Below, in pieces: positions 37,801 to 50,789 of a DNA stretch of 64,000 nucleotides (the first letter of the stretch is position 1; each line of letters opens with the position of its first letter). Both the position numbers and the translations under genes were made by a program. The notes under the pieces were generated by a model that saw only the letters and a program-made list of their open reading frames with translations, did no database searches and was not told where the DNA came from. The DNA comes from Octopus sinensis (taxonomy: Eukaryota): positions 434,001 through 498,000 of the forward strand of contig NC_043002.1 of the NCBI RefSeq assembly GCF_006345805.1, written 5' to 3'.

Positions 37801-38029
37801 CTGGCAGCGAAGGTACAAAATCTTTTGGGAAGGCAATAGTGATGGGGTAGGTGGTGAGAGCATACATTTAAGTTAAGGTGAAGAAGGGGACTGAGATAGT
37901 CAGAGTGTGTGATAGGGTACTTAAGCTTAGACTAGTTTTGTAAAGTAGTATGGCAACAATTATCTCTGTCTGTGCCCCCCCCCCCCTCCACCACCACCAT
38001 GTCTGCCAAATGAACAAAAGGATCTTTTT

Positions 38030-41000
38030 TAGGGTACTTTTTTTGCAGACTCCCTCACAGACAAATGACAGTGACCTTATTTTTGTGGATAGTGACTTCT
38101 AATGGATATGTTGGGGAGCACCCAGGTGTCCTCCACAGTGTACATAGTGACCATGGAATTGGTTGCTATAATGAGGACAGAACAAGGCTACTGGAGTCTG
38201 TGATACAAATAGCTAAATGATCTGCAACACCAACTTCAGGAGGCCAGCCAGTCGTGCCCACATAAGCCAGATTGATTACATTCTCACCAGAAAGTGAGAT
38301 AATGGTTGCTCAAAAATGCAACAACCTTTCCTGATGAAAAATGCACACCTCAGCACAAGTTAGTCATTAGTAACTTCAGACTACAGGCTAGAAAGATTCC
38401 AAGAAGTTGACCAGTCTGGAAAAGAAGAATTTGAAAACTTAAGGATTCTTTGAATAGTCTGAGATTTTGAGACATGCTAATTGAAACATTTATCAAGAAG
38501 GAGGAGTTACAGATATGAAAGTCCCAAAAAGACAACTTACAGAGAACCACAATCCCAATTTGTGGCCGGTGCAAAGTCCCAACCACATCTAGGGTGACAT
38601 GATGTTGGAACAGAGTAGTAGACAGGACCACTAGAGCAAAGAAACAAGCCTGAAAGGATGGTCATAACAGAGAATTCTATTATATAGCTAGAAGAGAAGA
38701 AGACAGATTGATTTCATCCTCCCTAGGCAGCAGGATGCAAGGTTGCTCTTAAATACAAAGACCCTCCCTAGTGGAGAATGTGCCCCCACCCACCAGCATA
38801 GATTAGTTATTAGTGACTTTAGACTCGAGGCCATAAGAATGCCAAGAAGCAGACCAATCCAGAAAAGAAGGATTTCGAAGCTAAAGAACTTTTCACATGG
38901 TCAGAGATTTAGGGACATCCTCATTGAAGAATCTGAGGAGAGGGTAGAGGAGCTACAGACTTTGAACATAGAGGGTAACTGGAGATTTCTACAGGACAGC
39001 TTGCTGAGAACCACAGACCAAATTTGTGGCTGGTGCAAAGTCTCTTCCAGACCTAGAGTAACGTGGTGGCGGAATTATACAGTAGACAAGGCCATTAGAG
39101 CAAAGAAACAGGCCTGGAAAGCCTGGAAGAATGGGGGCAGCAGGGAACTGTACAAGATAGCCAGAAGGAAGGCTGGTAGACAGGTATACATAGCCAAGGG
39201 AAAAGCAGAAAAGAAGAAGTCTGCCAATGTTCAGTAATGTGAGGACCAAAGAACTGAAGTATTTCGGATTGCAAGACAGTGTGTGAGAGAAAATGGTGAT
39301 GTCATAGGAGACAAATGTGCCCGCATGGATGATGGTGCACTTGCTTTTAATGATTCTGCAAAGAAAGAGGCTTGGAGAAGCCATTATGAAAGACTGCTGA
39401 ATGTGGAGAATGAAGGGGAGGAGTAGAGCCTGCCAAATGTTAACCCAGTAGAGGGTCCAGCTACCTGAAATAATAGTATCCTGGTAGATAAAGCAATTAA
39501 GGATAGGATGTCAGGAAACGCCCCCGGCCCATCAGGAATCACTGCTGAAATGCTTTAAATATCTGGTGGTGTGGGCTATGACCTAGTCACCCATATTGTA
39601 AACCAGGTAGTTCATGATGGAGTCATACCTAATAACTTCCGCAGCAGCACCATAGTCAACTGCTACAAAGGCTTTAGATAGAAATAACTACAGGAGTATC
39701 AAACTGCTGGACCAGGTGATAAAGGTCACGGAGAGGGTCATAGCCCAACTAATTAGGGAGAGAGTCTGCTTAGATGAGATGCAGCTCGGTTTTGTGCCAG
39801 TAGAAGCACCACTGATGCTATATTCCTAGTATGCAACTGTAGGAGCCAAAGATAAAACACTATACTTGGCTTATGTCGAATTGGAGAAAGCCTTTGACAG
39901 GGTCCCCTGATCCCTTATCTGGTGGGTGATGTGGAAACTGGGGATTAACGAGTGGTTAATAAGAGCTGTACAGGCAATGAGTATAGTGAAGAATTCACCA
40001 AAGATCAGCCCTCAGCCCCCTCTTATTCAACATAGTCCTCCAAGCAGTAACAGAGGAATTCAAGAGAGGTTGTCTCTGGGAGCTCCTCTATGCTGATGAC
40101 CTTGCTCTCATAGTAGAATCACTACCAGAACTAGAGAAGGAATTTCAGGAGTGGAAGCGATGTTTAGAATCAAAGTGCTTTAGAGTCAGTGTTGCAAAAA
40201 CTAAAGTTCTAGTAACCCCTTCAGAAAAGGTGTAGGTAGAAAGTCCATAAGATGTACCCAGTGTAAGCTATTGATGCATAAGAAGTGTAGCAACACCAAA
40301 GGAAGGTTAACTGGAAGATAGTTTTTGTGTGTGGCAGATGCACATGGGCAATAAACTCCGCAGATGCTCAGAAAACTGATTCCATCACATGCCAGAAGAA
40401 ACTAGAAATAGTTGATAGCTTCTGCTACATTGGTCACCAAGTCTGTAGTGGGGGTGGTTGCTCTGAGAGTTTAGCAACTAGAGTAAGAATAGCCTGGGCA
40501 AAGTTCAGTGGGCTCCTATTTCTACTGGTGACAAAGGGCCTCTCACTCAAAGTGAAAGGTAGATTGTATGATGCATGTGTGCGAACTGCCATGCTACATG
40601 GCAGTGAAACATGGGCCATGAATGCTGAAGACATACGTAGGCTTGAAAGAAATGAAGCTTGTATGCTCTGCTGGATGTGTAATGTCAGTGTGCATACACA
40701 ACAGAGTGTAAGTGCACTGAGAGAAATGCTGGACATAAGAAGCATCAGATGAGCAAGAGAATTGATTGTGCTGGTATGGTCATATGTTGTGTATGGATGA
40801 GGAGAGATGTGTAAAGAAGTGTCACTCCCAAACAGTTGAAGGAACCAGTGGTAGAGGGAGACCCAGGAAGACATTGGATGAGGTGGTGAAACATGACCTT
40901 TGGATGTTGGGCCTCACAAAGGCAATGATGAAAGACCAAGACTTCTGGAGATATGCTGTGATTGACAAAACTTGGCAAGTAAAGTGAGATCACAGCCATA

Positions 41001-41495
41001 GCCTGCATAAGTGTCGCATAACCAGCCCATTTAAAATGTACCTTTGAATTGTTGGGTGACATTCTGTGCTTGAGGAAGACCTATTGAATCAAGTGAAATC
41101 AAAATCAAATCAAATCACAATCAAATGGAAATTGTAGTTGTGACATATGCCACTGCCACCCAACTAGCTCCCCGTGCTGGTGGCATGTAAAGAGCACCAT
41201 CTGAACACGGTTGATGCCAGCCTCCCCGCCCTGACTGGGGCCTGTGCCGGTAGCATGTAAAAAGCACCATCTGAACATGGCCAGTGCCAGTGCCACCTGA
41301 CTGGCTCCCATGCCAGTGGCACATAAAAAGCACCCACTACACTCTCAGAGTGGTTGGTGTTAGGAAGAGCATTCAGAAACACTGCCAGATCAGATTGGAG
41401 CCTGGTGCAGCCTCCTGGCTTGCCTGTTCCCAGTCAAACCGTCCAATGCATGCCAGCATGGAATATGGACGTTAAACAATGATGATGATGAAGAT
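38030..41495 (+). mobile_element. Two adjacent decayed RTE pieces: ~38030-38700 and a ~2.8 kb copy at 38720-41495
   Basis: KTLPSGEC...HRLVISDFRL, ctatgctgatgac (YADD), MLHGSETW, UTR and (GAT)n tail; frameshifted. Confidence 0.85.
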
Positions 41496-42249
41496 GATGT
41501 ATCACTAAATCAACTCTCTAGTTTTTTGTGTAGTCTTCCTGATGTCATGAGAAGTTGTTCTCTCTGTTACATTTTATAACTACAATGTTCTGTGAGATAT
41601 TTTTTGAAGGAATAAAATTTTAATTTTGAATCTGTTGTGTCTGGGGAGAGTCATTCTCTTTTACTGCCTTATAATTTAACAGACTCACCGGTAACATTTT
41701 CAGTTATTTCCTTTTTTATTCTTCTAAAATTTTCGTTGTGTCTTGCAACCTTGTCAATAGTTTTGACTTTGTTTATTCACACTCTCCTCTTTTTGTTTGT
41801 TTGTGCACATGTGTGTGGGTTAGTGTTTGTATGTATCTATGTATGTATGCATGTGTGTGTATGCATGTATGTGTTTGTGCACATGTATATATGTATGTAT
41901 GTGTGTACATTTGTATGTGTGTATTCTGCATATTCATGTGTTTGCGTGTCCATGTTTGTGTGTTTGCATGTATGTGTGTGTTTGCATGTGTGTGTATACA
42001 TTTGTCTCTTTGTGTGCATGTTTAAGCGTGTGTGTATATATGTTCATCTGTTTCAGTCTTCATTTGTGTATGTGTGCTTGTCAGTTAATATAACCTATGT
42101 ACCTATCCGTCTATATGTTTACTTTCATATCCATACGCTTACATACATGTGCATATACATATATATATACATACACCAACACACACACACATACATACAT
42201 CTATCTACATAACAGCCCATTAACTATTCTACTCTACCCATGTAAACTG

Positions 42250-42704
42250 TGGGCATAGGGGTATGATATCTACTATGCATATTTCCTATTTAGTATTGGG
42301 GAAGTTTCATTCATGAGGACATACTCCTGTATTTGTTTGAGTGTTGGGTCTTATGGGTGCTTGGATAAGATGCGGATGTCAAGTGACCCAGGTTGCCTCC
42401 ATGTTGGTAGAGTATGGAGGACTGTTTTTTGTTGTCATATTGTCTCAGATGTTCATTTAGTCGTTCTGCAATGCTCCTAGATGTCTCCCCTATCTATGTC
42501 AAGTTCATGTCTTTACAAGTACCTTCTTTGCATCTTATACTGTAGACTACATTTCTAATTTATTTTTTAAATTATGTGCCTCTGTTGGTTCAGGCTTTCT
42601 ACTTGAATCTTGATTGCATGGCTTCAGCTCTTTGCAATACACTAGTAATGTAATAGCTGAGACATATATCAAAAGGTTAAGGGTTTTGATGGTTGTTTTC
42701 ATAG
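42250..42704 (-). mobile_element. Penelope-like element remnant (GIY-YIG C-terminus plus terminal repeat)
   Basis: The reverse strand gives IGETSRSIAERLNEHLRQY...SILYQH and DIRILSKHP.DPTL...PILN. 42560-42704 is homologous to 48155-48300. Confidence 0.7.
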
Positions 42705-43050
42705 CTCTAGACCCGTGATTCCCAATGTGGGGTGCATGCTCCACCAGTGGGGCATAGTAATATTTTGGTGGGGCATGGATAGGGTTATACTGAATTTTTA
42801 TACCTTTTGTACACAATGTTTAGCATACCAATAGAGAAAGGGGGCAATTCGAGATTGAGTTATTAAAAAAAATTCTTTACATCCCTTCTGTGGACAATTT
42901 TTATAAAATTTTGGACACTTTAGAGACAACAGGTGATTTTCATCTTATTCATAAGATTTGATATCACTAAAGAGGGAATAGATTATTTTCTTCGATTTAG
43001 TGGTATGTGAAAACAGGTAGGTAATTACGAACAAGTATGTGTGTATGGGG

Positions 43051-43096
<46 letters not shown>

Positions 43097-43709
43097 TGTA
43101 TGTATGTAGTATAGAACTGGTCAGTACTGAAAGCAATGCCATCTTAATTCCCTATGGAGAAATAAACTGGAGACAGACTTATGTGTGCAGGTGTGTCTAA
43201 AATTATCGACTCTTTTATCTCTGGCAACAAAAAATCTAGGTACACAAGAAATATGTGGTGCTGCAGAGTGTTGGTGGGGCAATAAATGGCATTGGGGGGT
43301 GAGGGATGAAAGAATCGAATGGTGTGAAATGGCTTGAAATGGAATGGAAGTAAGGGGTAGTGTCAGAGAAGGAAGAGAAAGAGAGAGAAGAGAGAGGGAG
43401 ACAGACAGACAGATAGATAGATAGAGAGAGAGATTTATAGTACTGGTAATGTACACGTACACACACATATATATATGAACAGAGATGAAAATCAACAGGT
43501 CATTTTATTCCCACCAGTCAGTTTGTGAATTCAACAAAAAGGTAAGAGGAAACTTCCATCATTGATACGAAGGCTTTTGCAGCTAAGAAGATTCACGGAA
43601 TATTTTTTGTTTCTTTTTTAGGAATATATCTTAAGATTATTGTAGTTATGTAGGAATGAAAAGGTATATAAATGAGGAATATATATATATATATCCGAAT
43701 AGACAGCTA

Positions 43710-45125
43710 GCTATGCTGATGACCTGGCCCTCATAGCAGAATCACTACCAGAACTAGAAAAGAAATTTCGTGTGTGGAAGCTAGGTTTAGAATCAAAAGG
43801 CCTTAGAGTCAATGTAGCAAAGACCAAAGTTCTAGTAAGTAGGAAGGTGAACTCACCACACACCCCCTTAGGTAGGTGGCCCTGCTCGATCTGTAGAAAA
43901 GGTGTAGGTAGAAACTCCATAAGATGTACCCAGTGTAAGCTATGGACACATAAGAGATGCAGCGACATCGAAGGAAGATTAATCAGGAAGATAGCTTGCA
44001 TGTGCGGCAGATGCACAGGGACAATAGACACCATTGATATTCAGAAAACAGATTCCATCACACTCCAGGGGGAGAAAGTAGAAGTAGTTGATAGCTTCTG
44101 CTACCTAGGTGACCAAATTAGTAGTGGGGGTGGATGCTCAGAGTGTTACCACTAGAATAAGAATAGCCTGGGCAAAGTTCAGACAAATTCTACCCCTACT
44201 GATGACAAAGGGTCTCTCGCTCAGAGTGAAAGGTAGATTGTACAAAGCATGTGTGCGAACTGCCATGCTTCACGGCAGTGAAACATGGGCCATGACTGCA
44301 GAGGACATGTGTAGGCTCGAAAGAAATGAAGCTAGCATGATCTGCTGGATGTGTAATGTCAGTGTCCATGCACGACAGAGTGTAAGCACCCTGAGAGAAA
44401 TGTTGGACATAATCATCGGATGTGGCGTGCAGGAGAGACATTTGCGTTGGTATGGTCATGTACTATGGATGGATGAGGAAAGATGTGTGGAGAAGTGCCA
44501 CTCCCAAACTGTTGAAGGAATCCGGGGTAGAGGTAGACCCAGGAAGACATAGGATGAGTTGGTCAAGCATGACCTTAGAATGTTGGGCCTCACAGAGGCT
44601 ATGACGAAAGACCGAGACCTCTGGAGATATGCTGTGGCTGCGAAGACCCGACAAATGAAGTGAATTCATGGCTTGCAGGACGGCCTGCTGTGCTAACCTT
44701 GGATCGTAGGGTGACCTGCTGTGCTTGTGGAGACCTATTGAGTCAAGTACGTCAACATCAACATCAAGATAAAAATCAAATGGAAATTGTAGTTATGATA
44801 CCCGTGCCGATGCCACATAAAAAGCACCATCCGAACGTGGCTGATTTCAGCGCCGGCTGACTGGCGTCCATGTCGGTGACACGTAAAAAGCACCAACCGA
44901 TCGTGGCTATTTGCCAGACTCCTCTGGCCCCTGTACCAGTGGCACGTAAAAAGCACCCACTACACTCACTCAGTGGTTGGCGTTAGGAAGGGTATCCAGC
45001 TGTAGAAACACTGCCAGATCAGATTGGAGACTGACGCAACCTCCTGGCTTCTCAGATCCCCGGCCGAACCATCCAACCCATGCTAGCATGGAAAACAGAC
45101 GTTAAACGATGATGATGATGATGAT
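43710..45125 (+). mobile_element. RTE LINE 3' half, nested in the hAT element
   Basis: Starts at the YADD codons; GRWPCSICRKGVGRNSIRCTQCKLWTHKRC zinc-finger-like motif; (GAT)n tail. Confidence 0.9.
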
Positions 45126-45424
45126 ATATACATACACAAACACATATATTTACGTATAAACATACCCATAGGTACATACATATTACATGTGTTAAGAAGA
45201 GAGGATTATTGCATTAGTTCGTAATTTTCGGATCTTTTCTTTTAATATAATTATAATTATACATATGTACATACGTACGTACATACATACATACATACAT
45301 ACATACATACATGATGCATGCATGCATGCATACATACATGCATGCATGCATGCATGCATGCATGCATACATACATACATACATACATAAGTGTAGGTCGT
45401 ATACGAGTGGGTATATATTTATAA

Positions 45425-45662
45425 AAAAGAAGTTTGAAAACGCCACTATATAAGATAAATTTTAATTTTCTTAGAAATTTTACATGTTTCGGTTCTTCTT
45501 GAAGAAACGAACCTTATCAAAAATATTTTAGAAATATTTTATTACACTTAACTTTCTAAAATATTTTTGATAAGGTTCGTTTCTTCAAGAAGAACCGAAA
45601 CATGTAAAATTTCTAAGAAAATTAAAATTTATCTTATATAGTGGCGTTTTCAAACTTCTTTT
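45425..45662. repeat. Perfect inverted repeat, 110-bp arms with an 18-bp spacer
   Basis: 45425-45534 is the exact reverse complement of 45553-45662 (checked base by base). Confidence 0.97.
45563..45610 (+). ncRNA. Putative minimal type I hammerhead ribozyme, U3-A8 variant (mirror copy on the minus strand at ~45477-45524)
   Basis: attt-TTGATAA-GGTTC(13 nt)GAACC-GAAAC-AT-GTA-aaat: core, 5-bp stem II, palindromic ACATGT stem III, GUA triplet and 4-bp stem I. Confidence 0.6.
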
Positions 45663-47699
45663 ATATATATATATTTTAAATTCCACTATTATTTCTCTTT
45701 TGATAACTTTCTCCTTCCTCTGTTTATACTTTATCTAATAAGAGTAATATAATACACCTAATAATAATAATAATTGATTCCTTTGTATGCAAATACATAT
45801 TCATATGAATATATATATGTGTGTTTATGTATATTTGTGTATATGTATGTATATGTAAAAGTGTGTATATATGTATGTATTTATATTTATAACTTAACCT
45901 TATGAACTTTCTAAACTCTCTAACAAAGCTCAGAGACACACCCAAGTATCTTAATCTTATCTTTCAAATACTTCAGTTCACTGAAGGGATGGAAGTAGAG
46001 TGGGGTACTATGGCCTCTTGGCTGAAACAGCTATAAGAGACTATCCTACTTTCTATGCTCTACGTTATATATCTTAATAATTACTGGTATTTTTATATAT
46101 TATATATGTAAAGCATAATATGTTGTACATGTATGTATATTGTTATAAGTGTTATTTTATTAAAATAAATAAGTAGACATACTATAATGCCTAAAAGTTG
46201 ATGAATACCACCTCTTGATCCCCTACATTTTCTTATTGCTGTATAAATTAAGGATAAAAAACTTTTTACCCTTACCCATTTATTATATTCAGTAGTGTAA
46301 TTGCCATGCTTATTATTAATAAACACTTGTGTATTAATAATTGGGTTTTCTACCAGCAGTATATTGGATAGATACTATCCCTTAGTTGGTTGGATTCACA
46401 ACCTCTAACTCTCTTGGAATTATGTGTGTGTGCGTGCGTGTGTGTGTGCGTGTATGTGTGTGTGTGTGTGTGTGCGTGTGCGTGTGTGTGTGTGGTGGAA
46501 ATCTACGAATGTACAAAACGGAGAAAATGAAACAAATATGGACGATTTGTTCAGAAACATCCGCGAGTGGGCGACAGTTCTCAAAAATAGCCCCCAATTG
46601 TTTCCCCCACCAAAAAAAAATTCCCATGTCCTCGGAGTCTGCATAGTATGAGATATATTTGTAGAGAATTTCATTACAAAATATCCATTTTCTTGAAAGC
46701 TAAGACGAATTGAAGTGGACACCGGTGAATTTTCCAAAATTCCCAGCCCCAACCCCTCCTAAAATACTTTCCCCCAAAATTTTGTATATTCAGAAGCTAC
46801 ATGATATGACACATATTCGTAGACAATTTCATTACAAAATATCCATTTCTCTGAAAGTTATGATCATCCAAAGTCGGTGGCACAGAAATCTATAGTTATC
46901 TCGATTCAAAAATACATAAAATGAGTCGTGCAAGTAAAAAAAAAAGGTTCGTCCATATTCTGGGGAATATTTAAAATTTGGATTTATATCCGCTATCCAC
47001 GATAAACTGTCACCAAGTTATGGGCGAAAAACTCGGATCTTATGAATTTTCCGAAGGCCTCTCCCCACAAATTTCTTTATAGTCGTAATCTATGCCGGTT
47101 GAAAAGTATTTACATAAAATTTCATTTAAAAACACCATTTTCCTAAAAGTTGAGGGAAAAACTCGGATCTTGTGAATTTTCTGAAGTCCTCCCTATCCCG
47201 TTACTTTCCACGCATTTCTTTCATATTCATTTCCTACACATTTTTTTTAACATCCGTTGCACTATATATTTTTTTTATTTTCTTTCCGGGGAATATTGTA
47301 AACATTAATCAAATTTTGAATAACAAAAATTAAATATCACAAGGGGGCATTAGGATTTTAGAAATGATTCGGTGGGGCAGGGCCAAAAATCGGTTAGGAA
47401 CCACTGCTCTAGACTGTGATCTTGTTTCCTGCCTCTAATTCTTATTTATTGGGTTCTTTACTGATAATGGTGTTGTATGGATAATCTTAGATTTTCAGGA
47501 AAAGAAATCAAACAACTGACTCACACATTACAAATACAATTTATGAGCAGAACAGTAAAACTATGCGAAACTTTTCTCGATTTAAAATCCGACCTTATTT
47601 TCATTGTCTACATTCCAATGTTGGGAGCTTTGTATCTTTGTTAGAAACCAGCGCGTTCTTCAGAGGAAGAATTTAAATGGTCAAAAACATACAAGAAAC

Positions 47700-48310
47700 A
47701 CATAATTAGTGTTCATATGAAGGCAATAGACTGAATATTGGAAAAGTTGAGTTACAGAGTGTAGTAAGATTACATACGTAAGTATGTTGAACCTTACATA
47801 GATTCCAGCAGATCTATGCAAATGATACACACTTCTGAGCATTTGTAGGAAATACAGCGCTGTCACAGTCAAGATACATAAGTCAAGTAACATTTCAAAA
47901 CAGTTTACAAAGAAGACGAACACCATTCAATATGTTCAATTGTAGAATTAAAAACAACCTGAAAAGGAAGATAACCAAGCTGTGAGCAAGTTTAAATCTA
48001 ATTCTGACAAAACTCTGTCTGAACTTTTAAAGAAGATTGTCTATTTTGAGAAACAAATACGAATATCAATGAATAGACAAAATCATCATGGCTAAATGTA
48101 TAAGACTGCTTCGTCTAAATCATGACTACAATTCTTTGAGAACAACACAGTCCAGAGGTATGAAAACAACCAAGGAAAAGCTTAACCTTTTGATAAACCT
48201 CTCAGCTATTACCAGAGCACTGCAAAGAGCTGAAGTGATGCAAGCGAGATTCAAGCAGAAAGCCCCGAACCAGCCGAGGCACGTAATTTAAAAGATAAAA
48301 TTTTATTCCT
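47700..48310 (+). mobile_element. Second decayed Penelope-like remnant
   Basis: Shares the ~150-bp terminal segment with 42560-42704 and has a weak YIDSSRSM..SEH GIY-YIG-like relic. Confidence 0.4.
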
Positions 48311-48636
48311 ACAAAAGAATATCTCACAGATCGTTGTAGTTATGAAATGGTAGACAGAGAACAACTTCACACGACCTCAAGAAGAGGCATTTACTTACAA
48401 ACCAAGTGCTCCAATTATCATTGGTATAAATGTCACCTTGTAATCCGGACATAGAAGCTGGAGGTTTCGAACCAGTTTTCCACAATCATCTTCTTTCTCT
48501 TTGATTTTCAAAGAGATATTCACATCAGCAGCACAGCTAACAGACCTTCCCTGTTCGGCTGCCCATTTTGAATCTCTTCAATTTCTTTTAGCATTAATTT
48601 CATATTCAGTATAACGATATACTTTTATATGTTATA

Positions 48637-48808
48637 TAGGCGTAGGAGTGGCTGTGTTGTAAATAGCTTGCTCACCAACCACATAGTTCCAGGTTCAGTC
48701 CCACTGCGTGGCACCTTGGGTAAATGTCTTCTACTATAGCCTCGGGCCGACCAAGGCCTTGTGAGTGGATTTGCTAGACGGAAACTGAAAGAAGCCCATC
48801 GATTATAA

Positions 48809-48884
<76 letters not shown>

Positions 48885-49063
48885 ATGTGTGTGTGTGTGT
48901 GTGTGTGTGTCTGTGTTTGTCCCCGCCAACATCGCTTGACAACCGATGCTGGTGTGTTTACGTCCCCGTAACTTAGCGGTTCGGCAAAAGAGTCCGATAG
49001 AATAAGTACTAAAGGCGGTGCTCCAGCATGGCTACAGTCAAATGACTGAAACAAGTAAAAGAG
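48637..49063 (+). mobile_element. tRNA-derived SINE with an internal (AT)n(GT)n tract
   Basis: A-box tggctgtgttgt, B-box ggttcagtccc; same family as 33153-33550. A degenerate copy lies at ~20418-20560. Confidence 0.82.
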
Positions 49064-49761
49064 TAATCAATACCATGAGTTATTGGTAATTAAATTTTGA
49101 AAATTTGGGTAATTTTAGCCAATCGTAAGCCACAGACACATTCATGCCCGTTTCCATAGCAATATGTCAAACATGAGAACTCTTGAGAAAGCACATGTTG
49201 ATTAATATATTCCAGTCATTGAGGTGGTTGTCAAATGTGTTAAAAATAGCAGCCAAATGGGTATTAACTCATGCACCAGAGGGGGATATGTGACAAAGTG
49301 TGCAGTCATGCATAAAATGACATCTTGCAAATCCTGTTTACTAAATGGGTGAAAATGATCCAACTTTGAACTGCTGTAATTCCAGCATTTCAGCTTGGCA
49401 AATAACATTAATGTACCTAATTCTAAAATTTTCAATAAACTTTTTGAAATCTTGGCAGCCAAACAGAAAAGATCTTTCTTGTCCATCCTAAACAACAATA
49501 TCAGACCTGTTATGTTTACATTTGACCGATGCTTTGATGGGAATGTTCCACCACTATTCCTTGTGCTGATATTTGTGTACTTATTCAATAATGGGGATTC
49601 TCCATAATTATTCCAGGACAGTCTCTTTTTTAAATGGCATTGTATATTGTTTTCATATAGGGAGGTAGTTTTTGGGCAACTGCTAATCACATGTGGGATG
49701 TTTTCCACTAAAATATGACATAATCTACATTTTTGCTTGTCTCTTGGAACTCTTTTGTTGA

Positions 49762-49874
49762 GTATGTATACATGTATGTATGTATGTATGTATGTATGTA
49801 TACATGTATGTATGTATGTATACATGTATGTATGTGTATATGTATGTATGTGTATATGTATGTATGTATGTATG

Positions 49875-49938
<64 letters not shown>

Positions 49939-50006
49939 TGTATGTATGTATGTATGTATGTATGTATGTATGTATGTATGTATGTATGTATATGTATGTA
50001 TGTATG

Positions 50007-50040
<34 letters not shown>

Positions 50041-50072
50041 TGTATGTATATATATGTATGTATGTATGTATG

Positions 50073-50106
<34 letters not shown>

Positions 50107-50176
50107 TGTATGTATGTATGTATGTATATATATGTATGTATGTATGTATGTATATGTATGTATGTATGTATGTATG
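49762..50176. repeat. (TATG)n microsatellite, ~415 bp
   Basis: Directly visible. It explains the spurious YIHT/MYVC ORFs. Confidence 0.98.
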
Positions 50177-50789
50177 CTTGCATGTGATGTGCAATGTATA
50201 TATGTTATTATTTACTTCGATTTCTAGATTTCTTGTCAATGGATAAAGTGCTGGTTTCTAACTTAGTTCTAAGGTTCCTTTATTGAAATTTTAAACATCA
50301 TCAAGGTATTTCTGCATGTTTGTGTGAATGTGTGCAATGTTTGGAGTCAGTGTAGGCACAGATTTGTTTTGTTTTATGTAGGTATTCTTCTGTATACAGT
50401 TGCAAGTCTAAACATGTGTATATATACTTAAATGCTAAACTTTGGCAAGTTTTACATATTTTGACCCCTTCATTGATGGCTTGCATCTCTAATCTAATTA
50501 GCTTTCTCCTTTCAGGTTTTGAAAATCTCAATTTCTCAAGATTGCTACTGAGGCATTTTGTTACATATTCTAGTGCGTCAATAATTATGGGTATGAATCT
50601 GAACTTTCTGTTATATATGTAAGCATTTATTTAATTTTAATTATTTACAATTAATTTTCATGAAAAGAAAACAAATACAAATAATTTAACAGTAAGATCA
50701 ACAAAATCCAAATTTCCACATGTTCCATGCAACAAAACATGAACAGGATTATATTTTGCGAAAAAAAGAAAAGAAAGGAAAAAAACCCA

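Larger units (their letters stand above)
42713..47406. mobile_element. hAT (Charlie-like) DNA transposon relic, 4.7 kb, carrying nested insertions
   Basis: 8-bp TSD CTCTAGAC at 42705-42712 and 47407-47414; imperfect TIRs ccgtgattcccaa / ttaggaaccactg (10 of 13). NTCTAGAN is the known Charlie target. Confidence 0.75.
48395..50620 (-). mobile_element. Three fragments of an RLE (R4/Dong/NeSL-like) non-LTR element: ~50420-50620, ~49450-49765, ~48395-48620
   Basis: KCRLCHILVENIPHVISSCPK; SDIVV; LVRNLQLLCPDYKVTFIPMIIGALG; FSKPERRKLIR...VKICKT. Confidence 0.65.

Noticed and set aside
41637-42212. 191-aa hydrophobic ORF
   Set aside because: Degenerate (TG)/(TATG) simple repeat, with no splice or domain evidence.
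48225-48280. Hammerhead-like CTGAAG...GAAAGC (also ~42590-42630 on the minus strand)
   Set aside because: Lacks A9, a clear stem II and an NUH triplet in both copies; too decayed to call.
49202-50246. 345-aa and other long ORFs (YIHT/MYVC repeats)
   Set aside because: Translations of the (TATG)n microsatellite; only the part after KRVPRDK is an RLE remnant.
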